64,000 nt of DNA. Origin: Octopus sinensis (Eukaryota). Under the pieces are notes generated by a model. It searched no databases and was not told the origin of the DNA. It saw nothing but the letters and a program-made list of their open reading frames with translations. The first letter of the stretch is position 1. Each line of letters opens with the position of its first letter. The position numbers were made by a program, and so were the translations under genes. This document shows positions 55,831-64,000 of this stretch, piece by piece. The DNA lies in the NCBI RefSeq assembly GCF_006345805.1, contig NC_043005.1:65410001-65474000 (forward strand). Reading direction: 5' to 3'.

Positions 55831-58800
55831 CCTTCCACGCATCGCTTGGGAAAATCTTTAAAGCGTATCTGTTTCAGAAACTGAATGAAAAGAAAGGGAG
55901 AAATCTGAATGAGCTGTTGTACCGTCTGGATGCAGCAAAGCAACTATGGCAGATGAGACCGTTACTTTGCAATATTTCCTTATTCCTGAAGTAATTAGAA
56001 AATGGCATAAGAAAGATCTGCTTCTATAATGACTGTGGAGCTTAGCAACATTTTGATTGTAGAAACTGCTTTATGTAGTATTTAGAATGTTCCTAAGGTC
56101 ATGTAGAATGAATTTTGTTGTCTGTGCGGATATTGGTTTTAATCATAGTGAAATCTCTGGGAGAAATTATTTAAAATGCACAGTTTTTACTGAGAATGTA
56201 TATGAATGCTACTGTATATGATCGGGGGTATCTTGAACTCCGTAATGCATTCATTTTCTCTTCTGAAATTGTCTTTTTCAAAACTGAATATTTTCTCGGG
56301 TTCAACAAGGCTGCAGTAAAGATATACGGAGCTGACGGAAGAGAAAATGCTGAGCATTTCATGCACTTTTGTGGAAGTTCATCTAACGTATACTGTTTGG
56401 AAGTACTTGCTGTTTTCTTTTGCTGAACAAAAGATATATGTCTGAATAATATGGACTGAATCTGAGAGTTTGACAGTTTTCTGCAAACGAAATAAATCTT
56501 TCATAATCTTGCGTATCTAAATTAATAACGTATGACAATATAGAAGTTTTATTGAAAACTATTTGGTTAAATCTGGTTTGTCAGCTGGTGTTCGTTCTGG
56601 ATAAATTTTATCTCATATTTCTTTTCATTCTGGAATGAAGATGAGTGTAATGAAGAAACTTTTTGCCAAACTTTCTCACAATATATCCATCGTGTCTTGA
56701 TATTGTTTCACGGATATCTTGTGATCTGATTGGTAAGTTACTCCTCTTTTCACTCAGGTCCTATTGCTGACTATCCTATTTGAGCAAAGAGGTGGTAGAT
56801 TAATAGGGTCATTAGAGTTCTGTTTGAAAACCCTACAGAGGTCACATTTTCATTTCGTTTTTCCTGGGTTTAATAAATAAAGTGTCACTCCAGAACTGTT
56901 AGAATGTTTGGCCAAACCCTCTGATGTATATTTTTTATCTGTTTAAGTTTTGAATTAGCCTGCGACGTTATGATTGCTAAGTCGCATAAGGTCATGCCAT
57001 TCCTTTGCACAACATCGGTGGCATGGAGATGGAAAACTTGCTGCGCGAAGACTTTATTCGAGAGAATAAATTTTCAGGTGCAAATACGTGGTCAACCTTG
57101 AACGACAGAGGCATTAGATTGAATCAATGCCTCTAAGATTTTTTCACTAAAACAGTGATTGAGATTAAGCAAAGAAACAACACAAAGGATAATATGTTTT
57201 ACAATATTCAACTACTTGTTTTTATTTTCTAAATTTTTAATTTTTCATGACAGGCTTCAAGTTTTCATCATTTGAGATTTAATTCAAAAACAAATCTTTA
57301 TATAAAACCTACAATGTACGATTTTCTGCTAATGTAAGAAATCATTATAAATAACAATGACGAATTTAATATGGAGTTGATCGTTTATCTGCGGTTGGAA
57401 TAACGGAAAGTAAAACAATTGAGCCGTATTGTGGGAAAAGGAATAACAATTGGTTATTTCTATCACAAGATTTGTTAAAAAGGCAAATGAAACATGGGTG
57501 GTAAGGAATAAATATATGTTTGCAAAAGATTAGTTTCGAGTAAAGTTGCAGCAGAGACAGCAAATTCATAATTTAATCCAGTAGGGTAGAATATATAAAA
57601 AAAGAAGAATATGGCTTTTCGATGTCTCGTGAGTAAGGTTATCTATCAAACCTTTGGCTTTCTTCCGACTGCATATGAAGTGACAATGATCATATGAAAT
57701 AAACAATTCAAACTATGAGAACGCGTTTTCGTGTCGAGCGATATTTGGGTCTCTTATCACGTCTTTGGTTTATTTGGAAATAATGTTTCTCTTTTATCTA
57801 GCAGAAGATAACGATTAGTTGCAATTATCGTTTGGAAAATATTTAAATCAAAAATATCAAAAATTACGAATACAAGAAATAATGTCAATAAAAAGAAATT
57901 GAGAAAGAAAAATGTATTATGAGTGAGTGAAAGAAATAATGCTATGATCAAAATTCAAAAGTAAAACGTAAAAGGATATCAGATATTCAATATATAAAGA
58001 AACTAGGGTTACAAAAGAAAAATACAAAAATTGAATAAAATATCACAAAACAGAAATAAAAAATAAGAACAGAATTTAATAAATAACAACTAATAAAAAG
58101 AAGAGTTGAAGAATTTGTTGCAAACGAAACAAAAGAAAAGAAATTACTCAAATACAATAAATAATGCTTCTTTAAACGGTGGCAAAAGGTGTATCCGAAA
58201 TAATCTGCCTAAATAAACAAATTTATGAAACAATAAAGTAACGGTACCGTGCTGGTAAACCATGAAAACCAATTTCCAAAGAATAACTATTTTACACGAG
58301 GAAATCAATTTTGACTCGGATGGGTAAAGTTGATTTGTTAGTATAAAATCCACTTAATTTTTGCTTCTGAAGTCTTGTATTCACCGAAACAATTCATGCA
58401 TTCTGTTCTTATACAACAAGACTACGGTAAACCTATTTCTTTCTTCAATACCATCCGTCCGCATACACATACGCATACATTAAACAGATGTGTACATACA
58501 TATATACAAATATACATATATACATGCATATGTGTGTGTGTGCTTGCATGTATGTGTGTGTTTGCTTATGTGTGTGTGTGTGCGTGTGTTGTGTAAATAT
58601 AATGAGGCGTAAAAAGGAGATAACAAACAAAAGGTTTGAGAAATAAAGTAATTCTTTAATGGAAAAAGAAGGTGTTAGTTATTCATGAAAAAATATCGGG
58701 TGAAGAGTTTGAAACCAGGTGATAATGCTATTCAGTGGAGGTGAATTGGAAAAGAAGGGGTGGGGCGGTAAATGCTAGTATAAGAGGGCATCTGTGACTG

Positions 58801-58929
58801 TCAGCGAACATAGAGGGGGAGTCGCGGGTGTTGGTGTAATGTATGCATATATATAGATGTATGCAGATGCGATAGAGTAGGAGCCTTCACTACTGGAGTA
58901 TGGGCCGATGGTATGTGTATATAATTGTA

Positions 58930-59161
58930 AGGCGGTGAGCTGGCAGAAACGTTAGCACGCCGGGCGAAATGCGTAGCCGTATTTCGTCTGCCGTTACGTT
59001 CTGAGTTCAAATTCCACCGAGGTCGACTTTGCCTTTCATCCTTTCGGGGTCGATAAATAAAGTATCAGTTTCGCACTGGGGTCGATGTAATCGACTTAAT
59101 ACCTATGTCTGTCCATGTTTGTCCCCTCTATGTTTAGCCCCTTGTGGGTAATAAAGAAATA
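58930..59161 (+). mobile_element. SINE family A, full length
   Basis: TSD ggtatgtgtatataattgt at 58910-58928 and 59162-59180. Confidence 0.9.
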
Positions 59162-59994
59162 GGTATGTGTATATAATTGTTAAGTGGCAGCGTATATGTG
59201 AGGAAGAGAAAGGGAGTGGGAGAGAGTGAAGGAATAAAGACAATGGTGAATGCAAATGCAATGTGGAACGTGTTAGTGATGTGCGTGCGAGAGTATAACA
59301 AAAGGACATATGGGTGTGACATCCTTTTATATAGATACACACACACACACAAACACAAGAACAGAGGACGAAGCACGTATAAGCGATCAGAGATCTGTGA
59401 CTGCACTTGCCTTCCGTGTGATCAAACTGCGGAAGTATTGGTGTTTCCTTGTTTCAGACATGTGCGAAATCTCGACCGCTGCAAAGAAAGATCTGCTATC
59501 CATTTTTGGTTTCAAGAAGTTCGAGTCCTAACGTTCATTGTTCTGGAATTGTAATGAAGTAGGCCCGTGCAGACGACCAGCAGCCCACTCTTATCCCTGG
59601 CATTCCGAACCAGTAGCACGTCGAACCGAGAGAGCAGAAAGTATAGCAGAGATGCAGTAGAATGAACTCAGGGATCTACGTGTTAGAATCTGCTTTGAGG
59701 TATGTGTCTCACGTGCTTGTTGCCATCTTTATGCCTGTTAAAACGTTACCGCTGTTGGTTGGAGTTCCTCCGCACAGTCTACCAAAAATCCAGTTTTATG
59801 TAGCCCTTAATGAATTACACTAAAATTTTAAATCTTGTTAGGGGCTTACAATCTACTTTCGGTGGTCTGCTAATGCCTATCCCAATTACAGGCTTAGTGC
59901 CGCATGCAAACAGTTTGTGTAGCCACTGAGGAGAGTTGGGTGCCAAACGGGAGACATTTGCCGACGAGCTGTAATAAAAAGGAAAATTCATCTC

Positions 59995-60048
<54 letters not shown>

Positions 60049-60473
60049 TAAGACAGTTTGTGGGTGGGCGTATGTTCCTTATGCATTCCAAAACCGAGTT
60101 GCCCATTTTTGACGTATGCAGTATCAAAAGATTCAGTAGGTTTTTGGCTTCCAAATAAACTATATTTTCATTCACATATTTGCATTACAAACATTTTACA
60201 TTGTCATTTTCTTTTAGCCACCAATCGTAAACATTTTATATCACCACCACAACGACAATGACGTTACATCTTCTATATGAGTGTGTTCGCGCGTTCGTTA
60301 CCTATGTTAGACCGATGACTGACAAGTATGTGTGTGTGACGGTTTATCTGTCTGTCAGTATACAAACATTTTTGCGATTACTGACACACACACGGTCAGA
60401 GATAGGCTTCAGGTGTGCATTAATATTTGTGTGTGTGTGTGAGTGTGTGTGTGTGAGTGTGTGTGTGTGTGTG

Positions 60474-60531
<58 letters not shown>

Positions 60532-61951
60532 GTTTATGTTTGTAACTTTCTCCCATCCAACAATGAAACGCGCCGATATTGAAAGTTTAGTTTCCGCCTG
60601 GACTTTACACGAACAACAGCGTTCACTTTGAAGTACTACCAACATGAAGATTTGGCTGATTTAACACCGCTCACAATACTCGCAAATATATCTGAAAAAA
60701 TATATTATTCTGGTTATTATAACAAATTCGGAAACAGTGAAGTAGAAAGCTTCAGCGGCTCTTTCAATATTATTACAGACATGTTATTCCACTCCATCTA
60801 ACCAGTTTCAAGATAATGTTTTTTTAACAGTCCTTGTATTCTTCATCACTGTGAGTATCAACGTCGCACAACCTTTTTACTGCGTTAGTCAGTATTTGTT
60901 CTACAGCCTATAACGTTACACAGTTAAAAAAATATGTAGCAATGTCAAATCAATTTATATCTTACTAAATACATCCTTCAGCAAATATTTTAAATTAACT
61001 TTACAACAACTACATCTTCCTTTCTATAAACTTGTTTCAGCGCTCGTTTCAAAATTGTAAAATAAATCATTTTTGTATGAAAAATTGCATTATGCCTTCT
61101 GAATTTTCTTGGATTTTCACTTCCTTCACCGTGATACTCAATCGGGAATTTTGATAACTTTTAGTTCATATTCCAAATAAATGTTGACTTTCTGTACTTT
61201 GTTACATTGGTGACGCATTGTAACTTTTGCTAAATTGATGACTTTCCATTTTTTATAGCATAACTATGCAACAGAAAGTATGTTTTGCACTTATATTGAT
61301 TACATTTCGTTTCCCTTGAACCTGCAACAGGAGAGCCAATTACAAACCAAAAGGTGTCGTCAAATAACTTCTGTTCTTACCAATTGATATTAAGACCAGA
61401 ACAATCAAATCAATTACACATATAAAATATATTTTATTTTCATTTACATACTTTCTACGTTATCTCTACAACCAGCTATAGTTATTTCAAATACACTTCT
61501 CTACAACGACCAGGTTTCGTTAGAAAAAGAAAATTCATTCAATTTCAACCCAAATTACAAAGTGATGCATTACTGGAGTGACAATGTGTGAATAATGAAA
61601 GTAATGTTTCTCCGAATTAGTCTCATCTGTATAATAGTAAAGAAAGCTGCTTATTATCTATCTACCAAATAAACTATGTTTTTGACTCAACAACTCTTTT
61701 TGCAAATAAAATAACCTCGGCAACTACGTTGGGTCGCACAATTTTCAGGCCGTATTCGGACAATATTTCGATTTGCTTCCAATGTTTCACTTTCTTCCGC
61801 TGTTTCACGCATGCGTAGAATTGTAGTGAGACAAACATTTATGAAAATGTACACACAAATATTGTAGTAAAAAAAGCCATAACCAAGAAAATTGCATTAA
61901 AAGACATCCATTTTTCTATGCTATTAGGAAATACAGTCACACACACACACC

Positions 61952-62028
<77 letters not shown>

Positions 62029-62869
62029 ATGCAAAAAAAGATGTATGCATATGTATTTATGGACGAAAATAAAAAATACCCCTTATTTCTTTCCTAAATT
62101 TCTTCCGAGTCCTATGTTTGCGATACAGGAGATTACGATTTCCTCCACAAAATACGTTCTCAATATTTTGATTTTCTCCCACTTCGCCCCAAATTCGTTT
62201 TCTACTTTTTTCAGATTTTTATTCTTGGTAATACTTGGAGAAAAAACAGAGAGTACCCATCACCTCACCACTTTCAAAAAGCCACACACTCCCAAAGTTT
62301 CACCTTTAGCTTTTTAGAAATGGGCAAGTTTCTTCAGAAATAATGTCGTTAACCTGTTGTTTCTAGCATGCCGGGTTTTCTGGTGGTGGTCTGGTATTTT
62401 TTTAAGTCTACTATTTCAGTAGAATCATACGCATGCGGGAAACATCAGCCAAAAGTGAATGACTGGGAGATCTTGCTTTTGAAATCTGGTAGGTGATGGG
62501 TGGGCGAGGTAGAGGAAGGAGCATTGAGTGTTTCTTTAAGAAAAATTATTTAAGGAAACTATTTCCCAGATTCGTAATCTCTGTATTTTTCTACGCAGAT
62601 AACAAAAATTTCGAAAAAAAAGTTACAAATTAAAAATTACGGTGGGGATAGCGGAAATTTAGATATTGAAAACGTGATTTCTGGACAAAATCATATTAGC
62701 CCCCTTTCATACGATGATCCTTCTTAAGAACAGAAAGCACTTTCCTGCAATTTGTACCTTCACTATTAAAAAACAATAACTTCCATTATTCTATTAGCTA
62801 TATATCAGCTGTGCTGATTCTGCCCATGAGAAAGGAGCAAATAATACAATGTGCTTGTATGTAATAACA

Positions 62870-62897
62870 CTCGGGCACCGCCTGGATGCATTGCTAG
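62870..62897 (+). mobile_element. Probable Helitron 3' end
   Basis: ctcgggcaccgcctgg degenerate hairpin then atgcattgCTAG-T, similar to 50857-50883. Confidence 0.45.
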
Positions 62898-63796
62898 TAT
62901 TAATATAAAGTTGTTTTCCATTGGTTTTCGAGACAGAATTTACTTGCATCTGAATCGAAAATGTACAAAATCTAACTGTACAAAGATTATAATTCTTAAG
63001 CCATGAAATAATTTATAGCTGTCCTCGTAATGTAGGCATGCAAACGGTCAAAGTTTCATTGCATTTTAATAATTTATAATTTATTCTCATTGTACACTCT
63101 AATGGGAACAAGTAGTTCCTTTCTGTTCGCTTTTGATCAAGGATAAATTTTTATAAACCAAAAAGGATTTCTTTGGATGCATAATGTTCATATCAGATAT
63201 CATAGATAGGTATGATAGTGTTAGCAAAGATTAGCATTTTCACACCATGCAGTAAAATCAACCATACAGAACCGGATATATTTCATGTGTTGCCTGTCGG
63301 TAATATTGCTTAACCGATTTATTGTTGAGACATTTTGTTCAGTAGAAGAGACATCAAGATGTTTATCATATATAGCATTGCCTCTAGGATCGACATGCTA
63401 ACTAGTTCTAATTCGTGTTTTGTAAGGCTGATTAGCCTACATTTAGAGTTACAAAACACCTTTGATTTATGACCTTTAAGAGTGATAAAATTGTGAACGA
63501 AGGATGAAATATTTTACTGTTAAAGTTGGTGGCTATGTTTTACTTCTATGTCTCGATATCAGATATATTGTATATGCTGCTAATGTTATTAGACATTATA
63601 TGATAACATTAATAATGTTTAAATAATACATTTAAATAGGTCATTTCAACGCTCGCATAGTTAGGTGTGCTAAACTTGTTTTTCACTTTTTGCTTTTTTT
63701 TTCTTCCTTGTATTGAATTCTATTTCTTCTTCCTTCTCTACTCTATTTTCCTCAAGAGTAGATTTATATCTTGATTAGTCTGTGTCAAACCGACTA

Positions 63797-64000
63797 TACG
63801 AGGTCTAATCAATAAGTATCCGATCTGTTGCTATAGTAACAAAGCTAAAGCACGCAGTGTGAAGACGATTGGCACAGATTGATCTTGAACTCTGCTGTGC
63901 ATGCATACTAGGTTTCTAAGTATTGTTTACAATAGTACTTAGAAGAAACGTGCGTAGCGTGTGATCGTCGCATTGACCATGAAAGAGAAATTCGTCATGG
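63797..64000 (+). mobile_element. Mariner 5' end, same family as 45303-46146
   Basis: tacgaggtctaatcaataagtatccg...gctaaagcacgcag...gtgtgatcgtcgcattgaccatg. Confidence 0.8.

Noticed and set aside
60560-61520. Possible pogo/Tigger remnant
   Set aside because: No catalytic motif or paired TIR could be confirmed.

Overview
AT-rich, microsatellite-saturated eukaryotic DNA. The SINE families and repeat landscape point to a coleoid cephalopod, probably Octopus (inference). Most six-frame ORFs are translations of simple repeats. Only one convincing host coding exon is visible: a signal-peptide exon at 7462-7759 (-). The rest is mobile DNA: three tRNA-derived SINE families, decayed Penelope-like (GIY-YIG), R4/Dong, HERO-like and CR1/L2 LINEs, a DD37D maT transposon, mariner and hAT MITEs, Helitron ends and a Gypsy gag-pol relic. 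The main hidden signal is about 15 minimal type-I hammerhead-ribozyme-like motifs with self-complementary stem III. They sit in short, often fold-back Penelope-derived elements, mostly next to (TA)n tracts. Two diverged copies share a conserved ~70-nt structured insertion in stem II. A second signal is SINE multimers that share one junction and are each flanked by a single TSD. All folds and alignments were done by eye, and many boundaries are approximate.
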